From: Octopus sinensis
Taxonomy: Eukaryota
NCBI RefSeq assembly: GCF_006345805.1
Contig: NC_042998.1
Location: forward strand, 118,978,001 to 119,042,000
DNA length: 64,000 bases
Reading direction: 5' to 3'
The position numbers were made by a program, and so were the translations under genes. The notes beneath the pieces are model-generated. The model worked only from the letters and a program-made list of their open reading frames with translations. It ran no database searches and was not told the origin of the DNA. Below, piece by piece: positions 1-16,416 of this stretch (position 1 is the stretch's first letter; each line of letters begins with the position of its first letter).

Positions 1-29
1 CTATACCGCAACAATTCTGAAATAGGTTG

Positions 30-61
<32 letters not shown>

Positions 62-154
62 CCAACAAAAGAAATAAAAATAAGTTGTAGAAAAGACAGG
101 TAGGACTATCAAATTTGTATTAAGTAAAACACGTGAGTGAATCACGTGTCAAAA

Positions 155-538
155 TAATTGTGTAGTATGTTCTACAAACCCACATACGAACTGCAAAAAG
201 AAAAACACTGTATACCAGATTAAGTGCCAAGAAGGAAATTGCGCTATTATCCCAGAGTCATATTCGCGAGACTTCTAGGAGAACCAATGACAAGTTCAAA
301 GAACAGTTGGACAACTACATTGAAAAAAGATCAAACTCCATCGTTCTATCAGCATGCTGTAGACTTCCACAATGGCTCCTTAGGGAGACTTAAGTTAGAC
401 ATCTTATCTACACATCACACTGATGAATTGCTAACGCAAGTCACAGAAGCTGTCTGTATACAGGAATATAAACCCACACTCAACCGTAAATCCGAATGGA
501 GTTTCACCCAGATTCCACACGGGACTACCCATCTATAA
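155..538 (+). mobile_element. Penelope-like element relic, GIY-YIG endonuclease C-terminus (frameshifted)
   Basis: Manual translation NCVVC..NCKKKNTVYQIKCQEGNC..Y(I)RETSRRTNDKFKEQ, then ORF 224-538 FYQH..EAVCIQEYKPTLNRKSEW. This fits the CxxC / VY.I.C / YIGET / EA..I...P.LN pattern of PLE GIY-YIG domains. Confidence 0.8.
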
Positions 539-769
539 TCATCCTTTCTCTGATTTACATGTAAAGATCCACACATGCATGTTGAGATGCATGATACTGA
601 AATACATATCTGTAGTTATATATAATCGCATGAGTGTACTTAGATTAATATATATGTACGTATATGTAGATGTATGTGTATTTTAGCGTGTGTGTGTATG
701 TATCAGTTGTGTGAGTGAGTGTGTGTATGGCTGTGTACATCCATGCACTTATGAGTATGTGTGGATATG

Positions 770-816
<47 letters not shown>

Positions 817-1112
817 ATGCACATATATATGTATATGTATATGCATAATAAAAAACAAATTCTAATGAAAATAAAAAAAATATAAATATTTTTAAAAATT
901 TTAAGCGTTGTCTGCGAAATTAGTGACATATATATGTGTAGATGGATAAGCGTATATATGTGTATACTTTAAGATTATATGTATATATGTGAGTGTGTGT
1001 ACTTGCTTATGTGATTGTGCGTGCTTGTACGTATTTACAGGTAGGTTTATATTTGCATGTATGAAGCTAAGCTGTTGTATCCATTCACCGTTAGATGGTG
1101 GTGAGAGGAACA

Positions 1113-1159
<47 letters not shown>

Positions 1160-1431
1160 GTGTGTGTGTGTGTATGTATATATGTGTGTGTGTTTGTATA
1201 TATATACACACACACAAACAACCTTCGAGAGTGTAACAGTCTTATATGCAACTTGAGCAGACACATATATCAGTACGTAAACATACGTCCACATGAACGT
1301 ACACATATACACAGACACAGACACGTCTACACATTGACATACCTAAATACTCACATATATACATAAGTACGTACGTACATACATATATATATCATGAACT
1401 AACTGTTACTTTCTCACATGCAGCACGGAAT

Positions 1432-1482
1432 TTTGTCAGTGAACAGGTCGCGGTCTGAAAGCGACGAAAATATTTTGACAAA
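1432..1482 (+). ncRNA. Minimal type I hammerhead ribozyme, G3:C8 core variant
   Basis: TTTGTCA-GTGAACA-G-GTCGC(ggtctgaaa)GCGAC-GAAA-ATAT-T-T-TGACAAA: 7-bp stem I, 5-bp stem II, palindromic stem III (AATATT). Confidence 0.7.
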
Positions 1483-3013
1483 TTAAATTTAACGGTTTTT
1501 GTTTGTTTTTAAATGGCTTATAAACACTTTCCATGCTGCATTTGTTTCTTTGCTTTTTTTTTTCTTTTCGTTATCGGATAAAGAACTCGAAACTTTTGAA
1601 TCATTTACAATTAACTATATTTAAAAAGCGAGTCGCTGATTTCCTTGCGCTATCAATATATACGGTTTTGTCATTTCTTTTTCATATGACCGTGACTTTT
1701 TTATCCTTCCCTTCTTCAGCCTTCGCATAAACGCGAATTCCCTTACCCTTCTTGAAAGTTCCCGCTTTACTCTCTTCATTTAGTTACTTTATTATGATAT
1801 TTATATAGTCATAATACTCACTCATTAATATACGATTTCTTTATTATTGTATTGTAACCGTTATAGCCCAATGAATTTTTATTTATATTCTTATATTTTC
1901 TCTGTAATATTTTCTCGTTGCCGGTCATAGGATTTATATTTCACTATTTTCGGAGTTCCTTTCCTTTCTCTTCTTTTGTGTCTCTATCCTTTTTTCTCCT
2001 TATCTATTTTCATGTATACTTAGTTGTCTCATAGTTTTCTAACCCTATTGATATTATTTCTGACATTATAACTAAATATTTTGCCAACCTATGATAATTT
2101 AGTTAAATATGTATAATAATTATCCAAGCATTATAATCTCAGTAATTATAGGCATCGTTTTGGCATGATTATTCAGAACCCATATATACCAGCGATTTAC
2201 ATTAAAGTTCATAGTTGTATTTTGAAGCGGTAACCAGTAACTCTTATTAACAGCGCCGTACAATCTTAGTTTTAATTCTTATTACATTAGTAGTAAGAAA
2301 CTCTAGGGAGAGCTTCGTAACTATCATGCAAGTCTTTCGAGTTTAAAATTTCTTCAGTTTGTATGACTTTATTCTTGATGGTGATGTAGAGCTACCAGTG
2401 TACTGAACAATTTTATTCTTTAATCAAGAAAGGTATTTCTGCGTCATTATTTCATGGCGGTGGCCACACATGATCCAGGCTTCGTGAAGAAAAGACTAAG
2501 AAAACTTCTTGTCGAATATCTACAAACGTTATATGCAATAATTCTTTTCGCTTTATTGTATATATATTTCTTTATATATTTGCTCTTTGTCATAAATCTT
2601 CTATAAACTGAATCCATATCAGTCAATTTGACATTTCTGCCTACGAGGCCCAAGACGTAAACAAGCAGTAATATGTTGCGCGAAACACAGTTTATTTTAA
2701 CGAGGTACCTCTTGAAAATCACTTGCAGAGACACATCTGTCACGAGGGATGCACCTCAACCCGTTGCATAGTACCCCACTCGCGTGGGATCGATGCTAGA
2801 TGGATCGAAACGATTGTCGTGACCAATAAAGATTCTCGTATATTCCATCTTCCGTCTCTCTCATTAATTACATACTCGATGAACTCTGGAGAATTCCTGG
2901 GCTAAATCCAGCGACTTATATAATAATACAGCAGATAACTTCAGCTAGCCATAAACAGTGAACGTGCTTTACCGGCAAACTACCAGGAGTATACTATATA
3001 CTTAATTAAATTC

Positions 3014-3158
<145 letters not shown>

Positions 3159-3559
3159 ATGTGCACTCATATTTAAATAACGTCTATGTACATAAAACCT
3201 AATATGTGTGTCTGCGTGTGTGTGTGTGAGAGAGAGAGAGAGAGTTGTCAGGCCTAAGTATACTTATGTATACATAGCGAGTGACTTTGAATAGACTTGT
3301 AAATATGTAAGTATGTAGCTTAATACATACATACCTAAATAAATAATGTACCCGTACTTAAAAGCGCTGTAAAGCATTAAGATGTCTTTACAAGATAAAC
3401 ATTATCCACGCCTTGATATATCGTGTATTTATGATACAAGAATATGGTGTCTTTTGAAAAGAACAATCTACGAAATTAGAAATAGGAGAAAGCGAGAGAA
3501 AACACTGAGATGATAAAATGCCAAGCAACATCACTACGATATTATTTGTTGCTTACAAA

Positions 3560-3920
3560 TAAAACTCTCGATAAGGACATTTTCAAACAAAAGAAAAAAA
3601 ATAGAATGATGAAATCCCTGCAAAACAAAGAGAAAAAAATTGCAAAAAGACATAATTTTAAAATTTGTCTGCTGGAAATGATGAGTATCTTTTACAAACC
3701 GGCTATAAATTTCCAGCCCTCGCAAGATTAAACGATGCAAAGAGGAAATTATAGCGACTCTGAAAACGTGATGGCAAGATAAAATAGTTTTAGAATTCTC
3801 AGGAAAAGAAGAATTGATGTTAATATCCAAACAAAAAACAATAATCAGTATGAAAAAGAAATAACCATTCCTTACAAATGAATATGAAAGCAATTGTTAG
3901 ATTTCTTCATAGATAATTTT
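3560..3920 (+). mobile_element. Possible highly decayed Penelope-like RT fragment
   Basis: Weak residual peptide similarity (..QLLDFFIDN..); many stops. Confidence 0.25.
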
Positions 3921-4559
3921 AAATATTATTTCTCAATCGAGTTCACAATAACTGTATTGTACAATTTACGTTTAAAGTTAGTTAGAGTGAAATATTATTT
4001 CAGAAAACTGCTTAATTTGATTTTTTTCCACCATTTATTTATACGAAATTTTGAAAAAAACTATTAAAACAAATGTAAGGAAAAGGATTTTGTGAAAATA
4101 ATATTTTAAATTACAATGTAGATTTACATATGGCAAAATTGTAACTCATATTATTTTAGTTTTAACGATAACTTTCTTTACTTCAATGCGTTCAGTAGAT
4201 AATGCACTGTTTAGCAATGAAGAGTTGGTTCAAAATATACACCACAGTATTAATATTAGTTTCTCAATTGCTATGTTACTGACATCACCAACTTCAACAC
4301 AAGAAATGAAATAGCCATAACTAAGACATACGACATTTCATTACGAGGGCCATTGCGCTTTATCAGAATTTTTTATATTACTCCGCTTCTAATTGAACAA
4401 ATATGTAAAGACAATTTGTATTTAGTGGTGAATCACAGAAACTTTCATACACTTGCATTATCAAACTCTGCAAATTATGAAATGTTATAAAGAGTAATAG
4501 AGCTGACTTCGAAATTATTGAATATACTATCATCGCACATTACCTTAAATATTCTCCCA

Positions 4560-4956
4560 ACTTAAGACTAAATCTATTTGTATATTGTTTTACAGGATTC
4601 CTTTATTAAAAAGCAGTCAACTGGGCGAATCTATTATGGCTGCATTCAATCATTTCACCCAAAGTTCTAATTTCAATCAAGTATCTATTGTTACGTTGAG
4701 TTTTTCACACATGTAGAACAAAATTGAATTTAAAGTTGGTATAAATATAGAGACATATAGAGACACCGGAGCAAGACTTCGCAAAAGCCTCCTTCTCCTG
4801 ATGAAGGAAGCTGGTCTTATGGTGATATCTATATGCGAACATTTGCTGGTGCATGTCTATGATTTTTTGCACGTTCCAAATGCAAATAATCAATATTAAG
4901 AATATTACATAATTCCGAGCTCCCAGAAATAACTGTCGAGTTAGAAGTCTATGCAT
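4560..4956 (-). mobile_element. Penelope-like GIY-YIG relic
   Basis: Minus ORF 4705-4956 contains LGARNYVIF..FAYRYHHKTSF.HQEK (cf. PLE FK.RY.NHK.SF); further downstream is an LFNK remnant. Confidence 0.5.
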
Positions 4957-5325
4957 TCTCTCTTTAGTACTCAGTATTTTATGATCTATGTAAATTTATT
5001 TGTGTACAGACACACACGCACATATACACACACACATACATGCATACGTATATATATATATATATATATATATAAATATTTATATATATGCACCTCTATA
5101 CATGTATCTACACACATACGCACATACACACACACATATATAAATATAAATGTTCTTCCTCTTTATATATAACTATTTCCCTATAAGTATTTACATGTGT
5201 ATATATATGCATGTATATTTTATATATCAAGCCCATCACCCTTTACTTGCATCACTATATTTCTCTATCTCTCTCTATATATATATATGTGTGTGTGTGT
5301 GTGCGTTTGTGTGTGTGTGTGTGTG

Positions 5326-5394
<69 letters not shown>

Positions 5395-6319
5395 CGTACT
5401 ATAAATTTAAAAAATACAAATAAGAGAAGCAGAAATACCAGTTCTTAGTACTTAGCAGCTAACACAATCTTTCGAATCGATAGCAACAGCACAGGAGATA
5501 TAATAATGTGTCAGAGTGAAAAAAAAAACCTTTCGATGAAAAAATTTAGAAGATATCAACTATTCCATGAAAATTTTAAAATAGAGGAAAGAAAGAAAAA
5601 AATCCTTGTCGAAGTAATGATAAAATATAGCGAATGTCCATTAGGCCCCCAAAAATGATGCAGATGATAATTTCGTTTCAGCATGGGTTATTAACCTAAA
5701 CAGATTCTTTTGAAATATTTTTTTTTTAAATACATAACGAAATAATATTTCTTCTAATGTTTTTGTTCCTACAAAACATGCAAGTTATTGATTCAGATAA
5801 CAATTTAAAATGACATTTAGAACACAACTTTGATATAACATTTAAAATTATGCAAATAGCGATGAAAATAACTTGGGTTTCCCTGCCTCGTATGAAGATC
5901 TGCATTAAAACAACAACATTATTGGGTTTATTGTGTCTCTGAACACCGGGTATTTCGAGTCATTTTGCCCGCAACTGAAAACAATAATACATAGCAATAG
6001 CCTCGCAGACTTACTTGCCTTACTAAAGCATTACAATTCTGTTTGCGACAGTTATCCCACTGCTTCAAGATAACAAAACTGCAGTTAATTTGTTCTAGCG
6101 TGTTACACAAAACCATTATCATTGATGTGGGACCGATTACTTGACAGACGCTATTGACTCTGACAACCCAACTGCAACGAGCCAAATGTAACGATTATTC
6201 AGAGAATAAAATGCACTGTAGGAAATGACAGTTATCAACCGCCTTAATTATTCTTGTAAGAAATTATACATAATTTTTAATGGACAAGAATTAATATATC
6301 CTGCAATATACTACAGATA

Positions 6320-6570
6320 GTCGAACTGGTGGGTAAAATTCTTAACAGCATTTCGTCCATCTTTCCATTCTGAGTTCAAATTCTGCCGTAGTCAACTTTA
6401 TCGTTCATCTTTTATGAGTCGATAAAATAAATACTAGTTGAGCACAGGGATCGATGTACTTGACTTGCGCCTATCTCGAAATTATGCGCCAAAATTTTAA
6501 ACCATTATTAAGTACCAGTTGAGGTACAAAATTCCGCCCCTTGTGCCTATAGTAAACAATTATTATTGTT
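6320..6570 (+). mobile_element. tRNA-derived SINE family A, diverged copy
   Basis: ttctgagttcaaattctgccgtagtcaacttt..gagtcgataaaataaatactagttgagcac matches the reverse complement of the SINE at 27699-27921. Confidence 0.7.
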
Positions 6571-7442
6571 TGTTATTAGAGATGGCAGAACAATGCTATT
6601 ATCAAAGGTGTTCTAACAATAACTATCTGAACATTCGGTCCAATATACATTCAATTATACATCAACAATATGTACTTCCTATCTTTAAGAAGATAGTGTT
6701 CGTTTGAAGGAATTGTTTTAAGTGCTAATTCTAGCATGCTGAGCAGTGACGTGGAGATTCTGAGTAACTCAGCCAAATCAAGAGTGAATAACGTGTCACT
6801 GGAGTGTAACTGATTACGTGACAAGGACAATTCGGACAGTCTGTAATATCTCAACTGTAACGAGCCAACCAGGAAGCCTCACAGGTGACAGAAATAATAA
6901 CAAAATATACTTAGATTGTATCCTTCCTTCTCAACATTGGGAGAGTTCATTAATTAATGCAATCCTATAGTATTGTATAAAACAAAAATAAGGAACTAGA
7001 CGTTTGCTGCTGAAACATTAAAACATATTTGATAATCACTCTACTCAACAAGAGTTAATCTGGATTTAAATAAGAACAAAAATGATCCAATGGAGGGTAT
7101 CATTCCGGGGATGCTCAAAATGCTAGATTATGTAGAATACACACACACACACACACATATACACACAGAAGCATTGCAGTATGACTACAGTTTTTTTTAT
7201 CCTTTTAATGTAGAACTTGAAATATATATCTTGTTCTCTTCATACACAGAAAGATAAAAGATATACAATATGTTTCAGTACTCAGCAGAAGAAAACCATC
7301 CCTTCAATTCCTCTGAGTAGCTGCCTGGAAACGTTATTGCCTACAAGTGTATGTTGATTTAAATAGCAAACACGTACATACACAAACACACATACTTCGC
7401 AAAAAGCTACGTAAAGACATTTATGAAAACAAATCGAACGTT

Positions 7443-7487
<45 letters not shown>

Positions 7488-8494
7488 ACACACACTTATC
7501 TTGGCAGTTACACAATCACACACACACACACACACCATACGGAAACAAACTACGATTATACACACACATTCACACAACAGACACACAACGCAATACATGC
7601 AACTTTATAGTCGTACATGTGTCTTACGCATAAATATACACATACAACGAATAATTTAAAATTAACACAAAATCTTAAAGAAACACAAGCACACACACAC
7701 AGGCTTAAATTGAATACATATTCACGCAATAAACACGCTTACACACGTGTGTCTATATACAATCTTAAACATTTGACCTACGGTTACGTTGCGTGACCTC
7801 ATTATTTTCCCACTTGTACCGTCTTTCCAAAGAAGCTTAATGTATCGTAATGCAGTAATGTTTTTTTTTTTGTATCTTGTATGTTTTTTCTTGTTACTAT
7901 ATCATTCTTTTTCTTAGTTAAGTATGAAACATCAAAGACAACTTTATTTCCCTTCCTGATTGTCAACCTAACGACTATACTTGCTTTTCACTTTGTTTTT
8001 AGTGTTCATCAATCCCAGATCTACGACTCCAGACAAACACACACACACGTATGTATGTATGTATGTATGTATGTATGTATGTATGTATGTATGTATCAAA
8101 TGTTTACAGGCTGCTAAATATTCATAGTAGAGTTTGAATAAGGTAGATAAGAGACAGGGGACTAAGCAAACAAAATACAATGGTAAGTGCGTATATCACC
8201 ATTTAAATTGATAACAAGTTTTGGCTGTATTCCGATTGCTAATACAGAGACATCCAGCGAGGAAACAGCGTTGTCCATTTTTAAACATTTCTTTTATATT
8301 CATAGTTTGGCTTTCCCATGTTGTTAGAATCGAGGTAGCTGTTGTGACCGACGAGTGAATGAATCGTACAAACAAATATGAAATCTGCTTTACGCATACA
8401 ACTGATGTACAGAGTTCAAGGGATATTTGAGAATGCTTAATCATTAGTGTATTAAGCTCTTGAAACCAATTATCTATTTCTCACAAATCTCCAC

Positions 8495-8765
8495 TGACAG
8501 ATGAAATGTTAACACCAGAAATGAAACGACATGCACTCACTGTTTTCATATGTTCGGAGACCAGCGGCTTAGAAATTGCCAACTTTTAACTCTTGCAAGA
8601 TGTTTCTGTGTGAAAAGTTCAGGTAGTATTAGAAGCTTCTAGCGGGAATGTTTCAACTACATCAAAGAGAATGAAAAGCATTCTAAATAGTCGGACACTA
8701 TAAAGACACCACAATTCATCCCACAGGTTCAAAATATTATCGATGATGCATACTCTCAGGGAAAA
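8495..8765 (+). mobile_element. Tc1/mariner-superfamily transposase N-terminal relic
   Basis: Translates EMLTPEMKRHALTVFICSETSGLEIANF..KHSK*SDTIKTPQFIPQVQNIIDD, an HTH-type N-terminus with stops and frameshifts. Confidence 0.55.
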
Positions 8766-11743
8766 TCAACAAAGTAATCATAGGCATAATAAAGATAAAA
8801 CAGCAGTATATTTTAATGACAATAATGATAATTCTATTAAACCTCTGCGATAGTCTGAAATTTTTAATGGGTATGTGAGAGAGTGTCCAACATTACCGGT
8901 AAACATAAAACGAAACTTTTCATCCCATATTAATGAAGGATCGTCGACAACTACTCAAAGTAACATCCATTGTGAAATTCACTGAAAACCATGCTATGAA
9001 TTTAAGTTGTTCCGCCACTTATTTATGAATGCAGTTGTACAAGTTTGCTGGAAATCAGAAATTTCCAAATGAAAAATTCGAGATAATCGTGGCGTGAATG
9101 CCTTTGATTATAGCATGTCTGCTCTAATAGAACTGGGTTAATCTGAAACTAGACAAAAGCCACATCAACAACAACACAGCAACATAATCGTTTCATTCAG
9201 CTAATTCTGATGCGTCTTAAATATTAAAATATGGAAATAGAACTTTGCAACTCATCAATAAACTCAGACATAAACCAGAATTACTCAACAGAAACAACCT
9301 TTTGAAATACCAAAATTTGAAATGTATTGACTAGCCTATCTGAAAAGAATAATACACGCTTGATATGTTTAAAAGAATTCCGGAAGTCAAAACTCTCCCA
9401 GATAAACTAAGCAAAAATGATGGATGCGATCTTAGAATTTTGCAGTATTAAGCAGCTAAAATAAAAAGAAAATTTTACAACAAACGTACTTAATTTGTAA
9501 CCGACTAGTTGAAGCATTTGGGAACATAGTAAACTAAGATCTCCTTAACTGACTTTGTCGATATTTCTTTACACCTTGTTGGTATTAAGATGATATCAAA
9601 CAAAAGGAAAATCAATCGCTACACGTCTAGGCTGATTACCACTCATGATTTAAATGTTATCGTTGTTTGTTGAGTCAAGCCAGAAGAAAACTGTAAAATG
9701 AATCAAAGGGCATTATCAACTTCAATGTTTGAAAATACAAATGTTTGAAAATACAAATGAATTTTCTTTTGTTTATTACGAAAATTATACCTATTATTTT
9801 GATTCATGTTATGCCAGTTCGTTAATCTTTCATGTATCATATCACATTTAAATACTTTGATTGATTAAACATCCTGAGAGTAATTCATAATATCAAATAT
9901 TGATTTGTTACATAAGCACCATCTCATGCATATTCAGATGATTGAATCTACACCAGAACATTACTGCTATTTGAATTCTCTAATTGGCCGGCATAAAAAA
10001 TCACAGCTAGCTTTGGTCTGATATAAGTGAGTATAGAGACATGGTTAAATATTACAAATATTGTCTTAATCTGACACTCCACTACCTCTAGAAATATATT
10101 CCAGTCCGTGTAATAATTATTTAAATGCTAAATTTATAAGTTTCGTATAATGATATCTAAATATTGGTTTACAATATTTAGATTTAGAACTCGTCATAAG
10201 CCTAACAAAGTTGACGAAGGGCGACTCAGTAGCAACCAAGAGGAGAATATTTCTTTTCAACATATGGATACACTTTGTTCTTAATATAAAAGGGTTAGTC
10301 AGGAAAGAAGGATAACGTCCATGATTTGTATGAAGAAACCCGTGGCAGGAAAAACCACGACTCATTGGTTTTCCTTAAACCGGAGTCGTGGTTCGAATCC
10401 ATACAGCAGAGAAACTTTATCTAATAAAACCCAAAGATCAGGTGTAGTAGCTGAAAGAAATTTTTACATAACGAGAACTTATACTTTCGTCAACTAAATT
10501 GACATACATAAGTTACTGTGAAATTCATTCTACATTCTTACTGCTTATACAGGCTTTTTTAAAAACCAACGGTGGAGACTCTCGTAGTCGGTTACTCTAC
10601 TAAACGTAACAGCTAAACCTCTCTTCAAACGCACTCTGCCTCCTCAAAACCAGAGAGACCATATAGACTAATGTAGCCTTAGATACACCAGTCCTGAAAT
10701 AAAAACACAGTAATCTCAGATACAACTTCTCTGATAATATATCTATTCAATCAAGATTAACATTTATAACATATTTTAAAATCATGTTCTATTGTTGATT
10801 TTGTTCTAATCGTATCGTTCCTTGTCACAACTAATCGAGCAGCTGTAAAGCACACAGCCATGCGTGAAACAGTTTTGTTTTTCTTTTTTTCTTTTTTATT
10901 CCGAATATTTTTTGGTGTGTTTTATTGAAGACGACATAGTCCTGTGTATTTATTCAAAACCACAAGGATGTATTTGAAGGACTTGGACGCTAATTAATGA
11001 AATCTTTTAAGTTTTGATATATACTGTAATATAAATTTATAATGGAAGAAAAGATTGGTATTGTTCTTTAGTTAAGTTATTGATTTCTGTGACTAAACTT
11101 TAGTGAAGTTGCAGCAATAACTTCAAAGGTTTGAGTTGTCGATAATGATTCGCTTACTTTGCCTAGAACTAAATGCTACAAGTATACTTTTATTAAAAAA
11201 AACCCAAAGATTCTGCTATTATTACGCCCTCGGAAAAGCTTCAATGTTGCAGCAATCTTGCACTTCGTGTTAATACTATATTTAAACATTATTTTTGCAC
11301 TGGTCCCTGTATCAGTTTATGTTACCTGGTGCATTTAATATTCTTAAAGATTCTTATCTCAGATAGAACATCTGTATATATATGTGTGCGTGTATGTGTG
11401 TGTATATGTGTGTATTTATGTGTGTATGTATGTAGCTATATATGCATATATATAGTGATAGATAGACAGAAAAACAGGTATGCATATATACACGTACACG
11501 CATACATACGCACACAAAACACACACATATACATATATATGCATACATATATATATGTGTGAGTCTTTATGTGTGTTTATGTGTGTGGTGGGGGTGTATC
11601 TACTGCGTATAATATATATGGAAACGTTATACTTAACCAGTTCATCGAAGCAATGTAGTTAACGGTTGAGAGTGTGCAACGACTAAGCCAGTACTTGCTA
11701 GCATAACTTAAGTGGATATGACTTTATTACGCGTGTACATAAG

Positions 11744-12425
<682 letters not shown>

Positions 12426-14842
12426 CGACTAGTATACTTACAGTTTTATCAAATTTAACTAAGAGGACGTTGATAATCAGAACTTATGAAGAGAGCAGTG
12501 AAGTGAAAAACCACTCTGTAAATACGTGATTGCCAAGCCAGCTTCTTACATTCACAGACATGTCTACGACGATCTATTTTCAATATTTTTAAAATGTCTT
12601 CTACAATTTAGTAGATGAATTTTTTTTTTACCTAAATACCAGCATTTTAGTATAAGCGCCGTTACTTTCTTACAATGAATAACTCGAGAGTTTCTGGAAA
12701 TATCTTTGTTAGTTATTTGATAAAGTATTATTATTATCCATTTATTCTTAAAGAAATTTACCTTAAATATAATGATATAAATATTCTATGGTATAAATAT
12801 ATAATTATGATATACTGTGATATATAATATATATATATATATATATATAGTATTTCTGTCATATATCGATTTATTATTCTTGTGTTGGTAACTGTATGGC
12901 ACACAATAATCGGCTGTATATCCTGGCGCAACCCGCGAATTGTTAGTGGGTCATCACTTAGATGAGAGCTTGAACATTTTTACAGATGATAGTAAACTGT
13001 GAGGAATGTGCGGTAGTATGTTATATCCTTTCTACCGTCCAATCTATTTTTCAAAGAATGATGTTTCTGGTGATGTTCATATTGCTGAATAGTTCAAATC
13101 TTCCATAATCCAGCAGACTTACCCTACCCTTATAATTCTGCTTTTATGCAGAGACAGTGTACGAAGGATTAGATCATCCAATGTATCCTTTCTAAAAAAT
13201 GTGCAAGTTATGACTGGAGGAAATTTCGGTTACTATTTCTATTTCTTCGTTGTCTTGTATGCCTATAGATCTTGATTGTAAAGTTCAGAGTGGAATCAAA
13301 CTGAGATCAGTTTGAGCATAACAGTTGCTATTTTGGAGACACTTTCTAATGGTGATGTGCATGTGTATCCTCACACCGGATTATCTCTCATGAAGTGATT
13401 GATGCTACAACTGTTGCTGTGTGTGGTGTATTTTTGGGGGTGTGTGTGTTTGTGTGGGTTGAGTGAAAGAACTAATATTTTCTGGATGTAATTGTAGTAG
13501 TAATTTGTGTTTTCGTGTAGCGAGCGGATGCGTCAGGGCTCTCCTCGATAGTTAGAAGAAATATAAGATCAGACATTCCGTGAAACCTGTTCATAAACAA
13601 AGCTGATGGACAGAAATCGTGTTCTTGTTTACATTGATGGAAGACAGCCAATTAGAAAAGATATCTTGATTTATAATTCCAGACCAGGGAAATGTAAATT
13701 TGTTGCGACACTAATTGAATACTAATTAGATGGGTTTCTCAAATAGTAATTCATTTAAATATTGGTGTAACTGTAGTTTCTTAAATGCTGTGGCCCAACG
13801 GCATTACATTAATGGTATCTAAAGAGAAGTACAATTCCACTTGACAAGAAACTGAATTGTAATAGCAAGTTTACGAAAAGTAGAAGTCCAATAGAATTAA
13901 AAGCTTTCTAACCACATTACATACAATTTGTACAATTGGTAAAGTGTCATGACTGTCAGTATAATCTAGTTAAATAAACAGTAAGTTCTGTTGGTTTTTA
14001 TCAGAATGATGCTTTTGAAAATGGTTTAAGTTTAGTGGTCAGTGCTCATGCTTCTATACAAAGAATATTATCGCTATCATCATAATCAGCACTCCAATCC
14101 ACATTCCCATCATCATGATTATCATCATCATTTTCTCACATTAACTACTTCTCAGCATAAAAGTAAAAGTTATTTATGTGTAAATGTCTCTAACTCTACA
14201 TCTAGTCCTACCCTTAACCTAAATTCTTACGTGGGATAGAATTAAAATATTTGCACTGCCTAAAATATCATATTTCATAGAAGAATTCTTTTGTTGCTGT
14301 TTAGTTTTGTTATGTTTCTTTGTTTTCCTTTTCTTTTTTTTTCTTTCTCCTGTTGCCGAATTTTACATTAGACAATTGCAAAGAAGGACAGTTTCGTAAA
14401 AAAAAAAAAAAGGAAACCACGTCTATTAGACGTGCCCGAATCAGAAAAAAAAAGAAAATATATTTGTATGACCAGATAATATAATTATCTAATGACATAT
14501 TGAATATTTCAGATATCACTGTCATTTATGCGTCGTAAATTGAATAAATATTCAGTGATCCTATTACCATTCAATGCAATTTGAACTGACATCTTGCAGT
14601 GCAGAGAGGATATCATTACAACAGTCTATGATAAACTGGCGCTCAACACAACATCTGGCTTGAGTTACTTCAGAGCAGCCTCACAATCATAAAATACAAT
14701 AAATGTAAATGATCACTACTGGACTGCTCCACGCAAGATCCATTAAAAATACATCTATCACCCATTCCCGGTGCACGTTTTTATGCTCTTGTATTGGGAT
14801 TTTCGTATTACTATATTTCATATAATTATATACCATAAATAC

Positions 14843-14938
<96 letters not shown>

Positions 14939-14983
14939 ATATATATATATATATTATATATATATATGTATGTATGTATATAC

Positions 14984-15014
<31 letters not shown>

Positions 15015-16104
15015 GTATGTATGTATGTATATATAAACAGTAATGACATTTACTTATCTGTATGTCTTTGTCAGCTAACTATTCACTCAACTGCTTAGCC
15101 TATTTAGGATTGTTTCCAACCAGCCATGGGTAACATTAAATTCGTTCAATTAACTCAAATGGAACTGGAGGCCGGCAGTAGTACAATAAAATGAGATGTA
15201 TTCACAAACCTAATCAATTGAGAATACCATAAAGAGATGTTAAGCCAAAGGGAAATTGGTTTCAATTCCCAGCAATAAGCATTATTTTAATTCAGCTACT
15301 TTGCTGAAATCCTTGAGAAATGTGTAGATGTCCTACAACAATATTATCCCCTATCCTATAAACATGACAATATCTATCTTTCAAAGAAATCAACAGTATT
15401 ACTGTTGATAAGTGTATCGAATAATGCGATGTTATACTTCAGTTTGTATAAACCTCTAGCTTTTATAACAAAACTTACAAATACATCAACAATTTCTATT
15501 ATTTACTCACCAAATTCGAGTATACCTCGAGAGAAATAATTTCTAAAGGAGGAAACATTTACTTAAACATGTCTTGTAGTTTTCAGTCTGCGCTTTCAAT
15601 CTAGCAGTGCTTTTATAATATCACTATCGCTTAATTTCTACCCAACATTGATCTCTTTTGGGATTCTATACAAATTTGTGTTAATTTCATCAGATATAAC
15701 TTTGGATTAACAAATATTCTAAACAAGTTAGAAATAGTTGCTGTTTAATCGTACATGTATATATTTCTGGCTTAGTAATGTTAGAACATGTGACTGCGCT
15801 TTTCTAAAGGAATCTCATCAGTAAAGAACTGATAATAGACCTACGCCAGATATTATATGGATGCATCATTATAAACTAGTCTGGAAATACTTTAGTAAAC
15901 CATATTAAATGCATAAGGTTATAATTTATACTTGGGCTGCGAGTGTATTATAAATGTTAATGTAGTTTACATCGTGTTGTAACAACAGAACAGAATAAAA
16001 AACTAGAAATAAAAAATTCCAACACACACATACACACGTATACACACACACAAACACACACACACTCTCTCTCTCACACACACACGCATGCACACATACA
16101 CACC

Positions 16105-16158
<54 letters not shown>

Positions 16159-16358
16159 ATGATTGAATTTTTTATAAGTTGTTCCTACTTTTTTATTCTA
16201 TTCTGTTGTTTTTTTCATCATGTAAACTACATTAACATCTATTATACACTAATATATATGTATGTATATGTGTGTGTATATATGTATATATGTATATATG
16301 TATATGTATATATACATATGTATATATGTATATATATATATGTATTTATACATATGTA

Positions 16359-16416
<58 letters not shown>

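Noticed and set aside
4596-4680. Apparent plus-strand exon (ttgttttacag|G..CAA|gtat)
   Set aside because: Weak donor, and the opposite strand is better explained as a Penelope GIY-YIG remnant.
15790-15830. CTGATGA..GAAA on the minus strand
   Set aside because: No convincing stem I, II or III.
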